Positions 31,247 to 40,793 of a stretch of DNA of 64,000 nt are shown here, piece by piece. The notes under the pieces were generated by a model that saw only the letters and a list, made by a program, of their open reading frames with translations, had not been told where the DNA came from and made no database searches. Position 1 is the stretch's first letter. Each line of letters opens with the position of its first letter. The position numbers and the translations under genes were made by a program. The stretch is from contig CBDATS010000015.1 of NCBI GenBank assembly GCA_965200245.1, positions 128,001 through 192,000 of the forward strand, given 5' to 3'. The DNA is from a bacterium (GTDB lineage: Bacteria > UBA8248).

Positions 31247-31933
31247 TCAGCGCAGATATTCCCGCGTATACCGGGCGCGCGTGTCATCCTGAAAGAGGCG
31301 GCGTTTCAGGTTTTCCACATCGTTCGCCTCGTCCACGTCGCACCATTCAGGAAGGAGGGTAGTCTCGATGCTGATCGCGCGTGCTTTCTTGAGCGTTTGC
31401 GAGAGTGTATCGCTCACGCTCCAGGGAACGTCGATAAAGATTTTGGGCACGAACCTGTTCATACCGATCAGATAGTAGCCCCCGTCCGACGCCGGACCGA
31501 GCACGACTTGGGACTCACCCCCGCATTCGAGTTTCATGAACGCGTCGAGGAGAATCTCGACCGGCAGGTCAGGAAAATCCGTGCCAATGAGCACGGCACG
31601 ATCCCCGGTTGCGAGGCACCTTCCCAGAGCCGCTGACATGCGGGCACCGATGTCCGCACCCGTTTGCGCGCGATGGATAAAGGCACCGGGCAGCCAGTCT
31701 GCAAGAGGGAAATCAGCGAGCGTTTCCCCTCGCTCCAGCGCCCACTCGCAGACGAGGGAGACGCCGAGCCTTGTTTCTCTGAGCACACGCGCCGTCTCGG
31801 CGGCATCTCGCAGAAAACACGCATAAAGACGTGCGGCGTTCTCTCGTCCAAGGCTTTGGGCGAGGCGCGTCTTCACCCGGCCCGGCAGGGGCAGTTTGGC
31901 GAAAAGGATGAGTGATTCGGCTGCCATCGTCAT
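31247..31933 (-). CDS. TIGR04282/DUF2064 family transferase (CofC-like, rSAM/selenodomain-associated)
   Basis: LILFAKLPLPGRVKTRLA, QTGADIGARM, LIGTDFP, VLGPASDGGYYLIG and DVDE motifs. Confidence 0.88.
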   Translation of the reverse strand: MTMAAESLILFAKLPLPGRVKTRLAQSLGRENAARLYACFLRDAAETARVLRETRLGVSLVCEWALERGETLADFPLADWLPGAFIHRAQTGADIGARMSAALGRCLATGDRAVLIGTDFPDLPVEILLDAFMKLECGGESQVVLGPASDGGYYLIGMNRFVPKIFIDVPWSVSDTLSQTLKKARAISIETTLLPEWCDVDEANDVENLKRRLFQDDTRARYTREYLR

Positions 31934-32037
31934 TCCCGATGAGGAGTTGTCTATAGAGTAAAACGCCGCGTCTTGGTAAAATCATACCCTCGTTCGACAA
32001 TTATTTCGCCTCACACAAAGCAGAAAGGACACACAAC

Positions 32038-32481
32038 ATGGAATTTAACCAGGAGATTACGGTTGCCGCTTCCCGAAAGAAAGTGTGGGACTTCATCTGG
32101 CAGGTCGAGGAATTTGCGGCCTGCGTGCCCGGCGTGAAGGACGTGGAAAAAATAGACGATGCGACCTACAGCGTGAGAGTCGAGCAGAAGGTCAGTTTCC
32201 TGAAAGCGAGCTTTCATATCCAGATCAACATCGAGGAAGTCCGTGCTCCCGAGTACATCCGTACGGTGGGCGAGGGGAAGGATTCGAAAATCGCGGCGAG
32301 CCTCAAGCAGAAAAACGCGGTGATGCTCGAAGCCGTCTCCGAGAACGAAACGAAGGTTTGCATCAACTCTAGTGTCGATGTCTTCGGTAAGCTCGGTTCT
32401 CTGGGTTTCAGCGTTATCAAGAACCAGGCGAACAAGATATTCGCCGAGTTTGCCAGGAACGTGAAAGCGAAGGTGGAATAA
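32038..32481 (+). CDS. CoxG/SRPBCC family protein
   Basis: MEFNQEITVAASRKKVWDF...CVPG and GKLGSLG...FARNV. Confidence 0.82.
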   Translation: MEFNQEITVAASRKKVWDFIWQVEEFAACVPGVKDVEKIDDATYSVRVEQKVSFLKASFHIQINIEEVRAPEYIRTVGEGKDSKIAASLKQKNAVMLEAVSENETKVCINSSVDVFGKLGSLGFSVIKNQANKIFAEFARNVKAKVE

Positions 32482-33688
32482 GTTCAAAAGCCTCTCGCCA
32501 TGCGGTCTTCTGCTCCAGATACCTATCTGCCGTATCACACCTGATACAGAGGGCTGTACCAAGTGAGTCCCGACCGAGCCGCATTCAGGAAGCGTATCTA
32601 ATTGTGTAACACAATAGGTTAAGATGGACTGTCCTGCCTTTGCGGCCTTGCGTGCGGGTTGGGGAGCGGCGAATCTTCCTGCTGCGCTGCCACGGGCCGA
32701 TTGTGCGACGCGAGTATTCCTTGAGGATCTCACATCGAACAGGCCTGCATCTTATGGGTCGGCATCCCGGACGAAGCCGGGCTGCCCGCGGCCTTCGTAC
32801 CACCGCCTGCGCCACACACGTGGACGTCACAGGGCGTCATGAGCGTGTCGGGCTCATAACCGTCGGGCGCTTGGCCAGGAGACAGGAAGCGAGAGACCAC
32901 CATCTGTGCCCATCTCGACGATGCTGTTCTCAAGGACGCCGCAGAGGGTACGGGATCCGAGACGCCGGACTATGCGAAATGCGGCGTAGCACTGAGAGCC
33001 ACTTAAGAAAGCGGTATACCGATAAGGCATGTCGGCATCGGTGAGTCGATGGAAAATTTCATGGATTTTGAGCCGATGCTTTCATCAAGGCCGTATGTGG
33101 GGAATAATCTACCCAGAGTCCCATTATTGATGATGATATTGTGAAACACCCTTGCTTATCAACTAAATCTGTCAGAAATTATTTTCAGGAATTTATCTGA
33201 AAGGTCGTGGATTAAAATAAATTTAGCGGATTTTCAGGAAACTTCCTCAGCCCCGAACGAGTCGATTCTCTCCACTGCCATCCCCGCTTTCTCCTATTCT
33301 CCCAGCACCGTAAATGCGGGAAATTGCCTGTGATGTTCCGGGCCGATGATTCTGTTTCGACCGTAGAAGTTTGGGCCTGCGCGTCTTGGGGGATGACTCA
33401 ACAGTGAAACACGCCAATCCTTCACGATACTTTTGGGCGCTTCGTTTCTCACTACGGCAATTGCGTATAACGCATTTGTGATGCTGGTGGACGAAGACGA
33501 CCGCAGAGGGACTGTTGATGAAGCCTGATTCCGTGCTAGAATAATGTCTTATTTCCTTAGGTTGGATTCAGCGATAATACGAGGTGCCGGGAAAAGAGGG
33601 TCGTGGCCAGTTCTCCGTGGGAACATTTCCCGGCACGTATTCTGAATTGTCTTATTGCGCTGGCAAAACTTAGCTAGGCATCAACCCA

Positions 33689-34279
33689 ATGAAGCCTGCC
33701 ATTTTGAAAGTAGAAGAATCTAGCATGAGAAAATTACTCCAGAATTACAAGCCCCAAGTAATTCTCAAGATAGCCATTTTATTGCCGGCTGCGTTGTTTC
33801 TGATTTACGACCTGATCACCGATGCAAGTTTGGGGGAGGAGTTCGCCTCTACGCATTTTATTATCGAATCGGTTGTATTCTTCTTTGTACTGACCGTCCT
33901 CATTATCAGTTTACGGGATATTGCCAACTTGCGAACGCAACTACAGCAAGAGGAGAGACGAAACAAAATGCTCGCCGGTGAACTAGCCGCTGTCATCGAA
34001 GAACAGATGAGTGAGTGGAAGTTGACCCCCAGCGAAAGAAAAATCGCATGTATGATAGTCAAAGGTTACCGATTTGCCGAAATTGCTGAACTGCGCCAAG
34101 TGAAGGAAAACACTACTCGGTTGCAAGCTACCGCTCTCCACGCAAAGGCTGGCGTGAACGGGCGTGCCGAATTTGTCGCCAAGATCATCCATCACTTACT
34201 AGCCCCCGTCTTGGAAGATACTTCTTCCGACAAGAACCGCCCCACCGTCCCGACTGGCCCAGGCGGTATCTCATCCTAG
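33689..34279 (+). CDS. Membrane-anchored LuxR-family HTH transcriptional regulator
   Basis: Two hydrophobic helices, then WKLTPSERKIA...KGYRFAEIAELRQVKENT...AKAGVNGRAEF. The start may be the ATG at 33725. Confidence 0.85.
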   Translation: MKPAILKVEESSMRKLLQNYKPQVILKIAILLPAALFLIYDLITDASLGEEFASTHFIIESVVFFFVLTVLIISLRDIANLRTQLQQEERRNKMLAGELAAVIEEQMSEWKLTPSERKIACMIVKGYRFAEIAELRQVKENTTRLQATALHAKAGVNGRAEFVAKIIHHLLAPVLEDTSSDKNRPTVPTGPGGISS

Positions 34280-34324
34280 AAAATATCAGGTGGCAACACG
34301 AGGGCAATTCTGAGTTGGGGGTTA

Positions 34325-34789
34325 TTACTGACCAATACGGAAAGCCCTGCCTTTACCTTTTACCCAAAGGGCCGCACGGCGCAGCATGCGTAGCCATGGG
34401 CAGAGGATGCGTACGAGTCTTGGATTCGAAGAAAACCATCTTACGAGAATATTGAACCAGTCGTCTCCGCTCGTCATCGCCTCAAGCACCATCATTGCTT
34501 CCGCTCCCTGATGCCGCTGGCCATCCAGGACAAGAATCATCCCATCCTCAATGTCGTATCCTTCCCGTCGCAGTTTGTTGGCCAGTTCGGTCGCCCGATT
34601 GGTGTCAATGAGCCGCAATGGCCGCCCGGTTTGCATCTCGAACCTCGATTTTCTCACGTAGAGACTGCAAAAGGGGCATTCGTCGTCATAAAGCAGAAAG
34701 TCATCTTGCGGGGATACGTCGACGGTTTCGGTTCGGTCGGTTTCTTGTGAATGTGAAGTCGTCAACGCATCTTCTCGTTCCATACTCAT
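34325..34789 (-). CDS. DCC1-like thiol-disulfide oxidoreductase (DUF393)
   Basis: LLYDDECPFC (DxxCxxC), then GYDIEDGMIL...GAEAM and a hydrophobic/basic tail. Confidence 0.85.
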   Translation of the reverse strand: MSMEREDALTTSHSQETDRTETVDVSPQDDFLLYDDECPFCSLYVRKSRFEMQTGRPLRLIDTNRATELANKLRREGYDIEDGMILVLDGQRHQGAEAMMVLEAMTSGDDWFNILVRWFSSNPRLVRILCPWLRMLRRAALWVKGKGRAFRIGQ

Positions 34790-34927
34790 GTTTATTTTCC
34801 AAAGAATGTCGCATCACGCACGCACAGCCTGCTTTTCAGCAATCGGGCGAAATCAGTCGAGCCCGTGACGGCGATGAGGATTGTATCAGCCTGTCCATTT
34901 CCATGAGAGCGAAGTTATTCAGTATTC

Positions 34928-36325
34928 TCACTGGCCGAAAATAAGTCTCGTGTGCGAAATCACTTTTTTCTTGCCCCTGCGCCTCTCATGAAGAGGTACC
35001 TTTAGGGGCTTGATCCATTTTTGGGGCCAAATCGACCGAGGCACATTCAAGAGGTTGACATCGGGATCGATCAGGCGTTGTCGCCGCCGGCCGTTCAAGG
35101 ATACCTTGGAGTCGACGCGAATCGAGACCACCTTTATTCCTTCCGCCCGCAACCGGTCGCCCAAATAGTAGACGAATTGATGAATCATGTCCGGTCTGGC
35201 GGCCATTTTCTTCGCCTGCCAAGATTTGATGTAGCGGGCGGGGGATATTTTATACTCGTTTCCCGCCTCGTCGGTGACGAGAAATCTCGCCCGACCGGAT
35301 TTGCTGCGAAGCTTCATGTGCCAGGCGTAGAGATGCCCCTCTTCGGTCCAACTCACATTGCCAGGATAGAGCCAGTGCCTAAGTGGCATCAATAGTTGCC
35401 AGGAAATATAAACCACGAGGAATGCAAGCACGGTTCGTGAACAACGACTCGGGCCGGGAGGTGTTGCCGCCTGATATTTTTTCAGGATGAGATATCGCCT
35501 TGGCCAGTTGGGACTGAAGAACACCGTTGAGAGGGCAATGGCGAACCAGGGAAAAATTCCGATATGAAAGATGACGGCGTTGGTGAGATTAAAAAACAGT
35601 ACGCCGACGAACGCGATAACCCTCGTTCGCTTCCACATCAGGAGCGGCACGATGAGGAGGTCGAAGAACAGACCCCCGTAGTTCATGAGCATGACGACCA
35701 ATTCCTGTTTGAACAGGGGGCCGATCAACGGATAATCCGCGCGTTTATGCAACCAGCTTCTTAACGGTTCCCCGGCTAGCCAGTCGGAATTGATCTTGGC
35801 GACTCCGCCGTAGAAATAGGCGATGCCCACCTGTAAGCGCAGGATCCACAGACTCCATGTGGGGATGGTATCCGCTCCCTTGCAGAACCCAAACTTCGCA
35901 TCCAGTGAAACGGCCCGATTCGCCGGAACGATCGCCATTAGGAAGCTCACTAGGCAAACGAGATAAAAATGATTCAGGTAGCGCGCCTGCTCAAGCAGAA
36001 AGATGTAGCTGAAACCGACGAAGAAAAGTGCAGCGGCTACGCGATAGAACAAACCGAAGGTAATGAATAAGGCAAGAACACCCAATCCCAGGAAATGCCA
36101 ATACATTCCGTCGCCAGGCCAAGGAGCGACCCAATCGAACCCGAAGTAGCTAAAATGGAAGTCCGGCGCGATCCAATATTTATGGATCCAACCCTTCTTG
36201 AAATACCGTGCGACTTCCCACAGCATGATCAGCCCGAAAAAAATCCGGACAACCACCAACGAGGCGATATCAAGGGGCTCTGCAAGCCGTTCACGCAACT
36301 CCCCGACCATTTGTTTTGTGCTCAT
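34928..36325 (-). CDS. HTTM-domain vitamin K-dependent gamma-carboxylase homologue
   Basis: Multi-pass HTTM region (LVVVRIFFG, YLNHFYL, SLDA, YFYGGVAKINSDWL, IGIFPW) plus a soluble domain (WTEEGHLYAWHMKL, SLNGRRRQRLIDPDVNL). Confidence 0.9.
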   Translation of the reverse strand: MSTKQMVGELRERLAEPLDIASLVVVRIFFGLIMLWEVARYFKKGWIHKYWIAPDFHFSYFGFDWVAPWPGDGMYWHFLGLGVLALFITFGLFYRVAAALFFVGFSYIFLLEQARYLNHFYLVCLVSFLMAIVPANRAVSLDAKFGFCKGADTIPTWSLWILRLQVGIAYFYGGVAKINSDWLAGEPLRSWLHKRADYPLIGPLFKQELVVMLMNYGGLFFDLLIVPLLMWKRTRVIAFVGVLFFNLTNAVIFHIGIFPWFAIALSTVFFSPNWPRRYLILKKYQAATPPGPSRCSRTVLAFLVVYISWQLLMPLRHWLYPGNVSWTEEGHLYAWHMKLRSKSGRARFLVTDEAGNEYKISPARYIKSWQAKKMAARPDMIHQFVYYLGDRLRAEGIKVVSIRVDSKVSLNGRRRQRLIDPDVNLLNVPRSIWPQKWIKPLKVPLHERRRGKKKVISHTRLIFGQ

Positions 36326-36486
36326 TCCGCGTTCCTCGAACAAGCCTCAAAGTTTTTCATCAGGTTTACGTAAGTTATGCCATGAAATGGCTAAATCCAA
36401 TGGATTGAACACGGGGTGCCTCTATGTGTGTTAACTGTCTAGGAGGCATATTGAATTTAACGCTTCTCATTCTTTGGCATTCGGAT

Positions 36487-37763
36487 TTATGGTGTGCGTT
36501 TGGCTCCGAATACGCCGAGGAGGCTCTGCAGGTTGTCCGCGGTGTTGGCCCTGAAGGTGCCCGCCACCGAACCGGGATGGTCCGTGGGGTCGGAGTGGTT
36601 GCCGAAGAACTTCCCGCCCCACTTGCCCGAGAGCGCGACGCCAGCACCCGTCTCTCCGCTGGTGTCGCCGTCGAAGTTCCCCCCGAGGACGCTGCCGGTG
36701 ACGTCCGCAGATCCCAAGGTCAACGCGGGCAGGGACACGCCCCCATCCGTCCTGCCTCCCGTGATCGTCCCGGAGACGGTTCCCAGTGCAGTCGCGTCCC
36801 CGAAGTTGGCTGTCAGCTCAGCAGTCGCATCGAAATAATCGAACACGGGGTCCGCGTTCGCATCCGCCTTCATCATGTGCACGCCGGTCGCGGGCCCACT
36901 GTAGGTCGCCGTGCCCGTAAGGGCGGCGAGGTTGCCGTTCTCGAAGGGATCGTTGCCGCCCGCCGCAGCGCCCAGGGTGTAGGAACCAGTATAGCTGCCA
37001 TCCTCGGGGTCCTTGTAAATGAACAGCACAAACCCAGCGAGAGATAGTCCGTGTCCGAGTTGCCCTGGCTGTCCGTGTAGGCGTCCCAATTGAAAACGCC
37101 GTTTGTCTTGTCGTTGTGGACTTCAACTCCCTGCCAGCCCAATGCCAGGTCGTCCACCCTTCTCGACGACGCGCCCTGATCCGTCGTGCTCATGGTCGAG
37201 ACCGTGCCGGCGATGCTGCGCTTGAAGGTGAACTGCAGGCCCGCGCTCGCGTCGCGCTCGGCGAGGAAATACGAGGGGTCAGAAACCCTCCCGCCGGGGA
37301 CGTAAGAGGATTGCGTAGTGCTGCTCATCTCCTTCGAGGTGGGCGTGAACCCCAGAGGCCGTGAACTCCCGGCTCTCAGAATGCGTACCGCAGCGCCTCC
37401 CGCCAGACCCGCGTTCTCTCTGACTTCCTTCAGCAACGACCCTCTCAAGGGTGGAGTAGGCGGACCGCCTCCGTCGTCATCGTCGTCGCTGTCGTTATCG
37501 TTGTCGTCGTCATCACCGTCATCATCATCGTCGTCAAAAGGTGTAGGTACAGGCGGAGGCGCCGGATGCGGAGGTGACAGTGTAGGCGGGTTTATGTTTG
37601 TGTAGTCAAGCATAGTGGCGGGCATGACAACGACTCTTGTACTTCTACCGCCACCGTAACCCCAAGTAATGGAAAAAAGCACAAACAACGAGACTGCTAA
37701 GACGAAAACTGAAATTTTCGATTTCGTAAGCAATCGGCACTCACTAGAACTCGGATCAATCAT
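36487..37763 (-). pseudogene. Transferrin-binding protein B-like surface (lipo)protein with a Pro/Asp-rich linker; single frameshift
   Basis: Hydrophobic leader, Asp tract, then DYLSLGL(W)LF with one G missing near 37027. This joins GTATYSGPATG...AELTANF...G.WGGKFFG...PGSVAGTF...GVFGAKR, a TbpB-type barrel. Confidence 0.75.
37473..37535 (-). repeat. Low-complexity GAC/GAT tract encoding DDDDDDGDDDDNDNDSDDDDD
   Basis: Read directly: 17 Asp in 21 codons, flanked by Pro-rich segments. Confidence 0.95.
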
Positions 37764-37957
37764 TTCGTCGTCTATATCCTATATCCACGGGATCTTCTCT
37801 GAGATTGGGCTTTTCTTATAATCTCGCCCCCATAGCTATCATAAGAAGTTGTGAACACACCATCTTTGGTTTGCTATATATTGCTTATGCAAACGTTATA
37901 ATTGACGGTCCTGATTTTACGGAGCGCAATGCTGGAGGTTAGAGGAGGTGACTGCCG

Positions 37958-38163
37958 GCTAGGCTGAGCGAAACGGCGTTCCCCAGATTGTCTGCAAGCC
38001 GCTCAGAACGCGCACGGGCGCGCCGCTCCCTTCTGGCGTGACGACGTATTCCTGTCCCTGTATTCCAGGGGCGTTATCGCCTTTCCTGGTTCGGGCATCA
38101 CCGACAACTTTGTCGGCAAGACCAGGCAACTCGGTATACTTGTCCAGCAAGTCGCCGCATAGG
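37958..38163 (+). pseudogene. C-terminal remnant of a DUF2493 (YspA/SLOG-like) protein
   Basis: Across a stop and a frameshift it reads AERNGVPQIVCKP / NAHGRAAPFWRDDVFLSLYSRGVIAFPGSGITDNFVGKTRQLGILV*. This resembles the GRAAPF.RN...VIAFPG.GIT.NL..KAR.LGI ending of that family. Confidence 0.55.
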
Positions 38164-38782
38164 AATTCCGGGCCGCGTCGCGAGTCTCTCGGATGGGGTC
38201 GGTCTACTTTTCCGGACTTCTCCACACCACTCCATCTATTTGCCATTATGGGGTACAGGCGAGCAGGTAACGAGTGCGCACAGAGGGAACATGTAGATGG
38301 CGCCCGTTTGATCAACGGAACATGTGAGAAAGGATCCGTGCGCTGGGGGAACATTCCCAGATATGGGGCGCCACGTGTAATAAGTGCCGCATCACGCTTG
38401 CAACACGTAATGCTTACCCCTGTTGACGGGAATAGGACACAGTACGCATCCTGGGGCAGCCACGGTCGTTTCGCTCAATCGCAGCGACTGCTTCAGGCCG
38501 TTCATATATCGGCCCTTAAGGCCGGTTACATTGCGCCGAATAGGAACGCAACACTTGCCGCCGTTCGACTTTTTTTCGTCACACCTGACGCAATCTTGCC
38601 CGATTTACCTCGATCCCGGTTTGTCAGGTTCGTCATTCATTCCGGTTTATCGGTTGTTTCATACCGGTTTGCTTGGTTTGTCATTCCGGCAAAAGCCGAA
38701 ATCCATTTTCCCCTGGTCACAGACGAAAGACTCGGATCGAGAATGCGCTGGAACAGACTGTACCGGCAAGGTTTACGGAACC

Positions 38783-39259
38783 TCAGGGGCGCTTGATGAT
38801 CCACTCCTCCATCAGTTCGCAGCCGCTCTCGCGGTAAAGCGCGGAGATGGGGCATCGTCCGTGATGCTGGCGTTTTAGTTCCTCCACCCGTTCGTCGGAC
38901 TCGTCCGTGGTCAAGTGGATTTTCGCCTCCACGTAATCGAAGTTGGGGCTGATGCCGTTGTCCGGGTCCTTGGCACCTCTGGGGTCTGCAGTGCCGCGTA
39001 CCTCCACCTCCTGCGCGATGACGTTGAAATCGAGCCCCTCGGCCACCTTGTTCGTGATGACCGTGATGCAGGCGGAAAGCGCGCCCAGTGCGAGTTCTCG
39101 CGGCGTGGGGCCTGTGTCCGTCCCCCCGCCCTGCGTTGGTTCGTCGGCGATGAAGGCGTGTTTGCACGCTTGTATCTCCACGCGGCAGTCCTCGGATCGC
39201 TTGGCTCTCACCCGGCGTTCCTGTTTGGCCATCACTTCCTTGTCTACAGATTCCACCAT
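38783..39259 (-). CDS. OsmC/Ohr family protein
   Basis: ADEP..GGGTDTGPTPRELALGALSAC and C-terminal RCPI. Confidence 0.88.
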   Translation of the reverse strand: MVESVDKEVMAKQERRVRAKRSEDCRVEIQACKHAFIADEPTQGGGTDTGPTPRELALGALSACITVITNKVAEGLDFNVIAQEVEVRGTADPRGAKDPDNGISPNFDYVEAKIHLTTDESDERVEELKRQHHGRCPISALYRESGCELMEEWIIKRP

Positions 39260-39308
39260 CGGAAATTCTCCTTGTCGTATGAATAGGAATGCGTCTTCGC
39301 GTATGCAT

Positions 39309-40370
39309 CTAGTCGAATACCACCGCGGCCCTTCCTGTCACCCGGTTATCGATGAGTGCCTGGAATGCGGTTTCCGTTTCCTGAAGCGGGAAGGTTTCGG
39401 TGACGATGGGCTGAATTCTCCCCTGCTGAATCAGCATAAGCGACTGATTGAGCTCTTCCATCGAACAATAGCGTGATCCGTGTATCTCCTGTGCGAATGT
39501 CAGGAACTGGAGCGGGTCAACGGTGAAATTTGGCGATACATTGTTGTAGGCCGCAGGTGGGCGGTAGCCCACGATCACAAGCTTTCCACCGCGTCCGAGG
39601 CTGGCCACACCGGCTTCGAGCGTCTCGCGCGTGGCCACGTAGTCGATATAAGCGTCTACACCGCGCCCTTCGGTGAGTGAGAGGATTTCCTCCACGGTAT
39701 CGGTCTGTGCGGGGTTCAGAGTGGCGAAGGCCCCGAGTTGCGAGACGGTTTCGAGTTTTTTCTCCGACACGTCGATTCCGATGACGTGGCCACCGCACAC
39801 CTGAGCCATCTGCACCGCGTGAATCGCCACGCCGCCGCCCGCGCCCACTATCGCCACCACGTCGCCGGGCTTGATCTGCGCCTCTGCCACGCAGTTGTGG
39901 TAAGGCGTACAGATGGCGTCCGCTGCAACACAAGCGTCGAGCGAACTCACGCCCTCCGGAATCTTGCACAGATTCACGGCGGGAACGGTTGTGTACTCGG
40001 CGTAGCCGCCGTCCATGACGAGGCCGAAGTATCCCCGGAAATTCTCGCAGAGCGTCTCGCGTCCGCTTCGGCAATAGCGGCAGTTATGGCAGGTGAGATA
40101 GAAGTGGCATGTCACGTGATCGCCCACGCCCACATTCGTCACGTGGGAACCGATTTCGACGACCTTACCAGCGATCTCATGTCCCAGGATTCTCGGGTAT
40201 TCGTCCACTAGGCCCGGTGTACTTCGCATGATCACCAGCGTGAGGCCCACGCCCGTGGCCTGAAGACGCACAAGCGCATCGTTCGGTCCCGGCTGGGGAA
40301 TCGGGACCTCCTCAAGCTGAAACGTGCCGCCCAGTTCATGAAGCCGCATTGCTTTCATCGTGGATGCCAT
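39309..40370 (-). CDS. Zinc-binding (MDR) alcohol dehydrogenase family protein
   Basis: ILGHEIAG, structural Zn site CHNCRYCRSGRETLC and GAGGGV. Confidence 0.9.
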   Translation of the reverse strand: MASTMKAMRLHELGGTFQLEEVPIPQPGPNDALVRLQATGVGLTLVIMRSTPGLVDEYPRILGHEIAGKVVEIGSHVTNVGVGDHVTCHFYLTCHNCRYCRSGRETLCENFRGYFGLVMDGGYAEYTTVPAVNLCKIPEGVSSLDACVAADAICTPYHNCVAEAQIKPGDVVAIVGAGGGVAIHAVQMAQVCGGHVIGIDVSEKKLETVSQLGAFATLNPAQTDTVEEILSLTEGRGVDAYIDYVATRETLEAGVASLGRGGKLVIVGYRPPAAYNNVSPNFTVDPLQFLTFAQEIHGSRYCSMEELNQSLMLIQQGRIQPIVTETFPLQETETAFQALIDNRVTGRAAVVFD

Positions 40371-40793
40371 GGCGTAGCCTCCTTCCGTCTCATTGGCCGC
40401 TGCGAGTGTACGTGTCTAAATCTTTATAGAACTTTATAAGGGTTTTGCACCCGCCCTGAAAAGAGGCCGTTCGGGTTAGTCGCCTATAGGACCTATAGGA
40501 TGGTGCTCGGGATGGTCGCTTACTCATTTTAGTATAAGTCGAATTGGATCGTAACGCAGATGCCCCATCATGGGCAGCGCGCATCTTCGTCAGCCGACCC
40601 AGCGTGAAACGTCCGATTGTAACATTGCGAATGCGAGAAAAATCTGCCGCGACGAATCCGGTCACGAGCGCATTCGCATAAGGGTTATTCCCGCGAATGA
40701 GCCTTCTTTTCCTGCACTGAACGAGTCCCCATATGTCTATTCCGCGCGAACTCGTGCTAGAATCCGGGAAACACGACATGAAGGAGAAGTATT

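Noticed and set aside
32038-32481. CoxG as evidence of a CO dehydrogenase cluster
   Set aside because: There are no coxL/M/S genes in the window, and SRPBCC proteins often occur alone.
32500-33500. Possible group II intron, ncRNA or gene in the ORF-poor gap
   Set aside because: I found no convincing domain V consensus, reverse transcriptase or recognisable protein motif. The listed short ORFs look spurious.
37441-37570. Repetitive GTC/ATC tract as a CRISPR array or satellite
   Set aside because: It is a codon-level Asp/Pro low-complexity region with mixed synonymous codons and no repeat-spacer structure.
38783-39259. OsmC-like protein as a third selenoprotein
   Set aside because: Both conserved positions are ordinary Cys codons, and the TGA is at the natural C-terminus.
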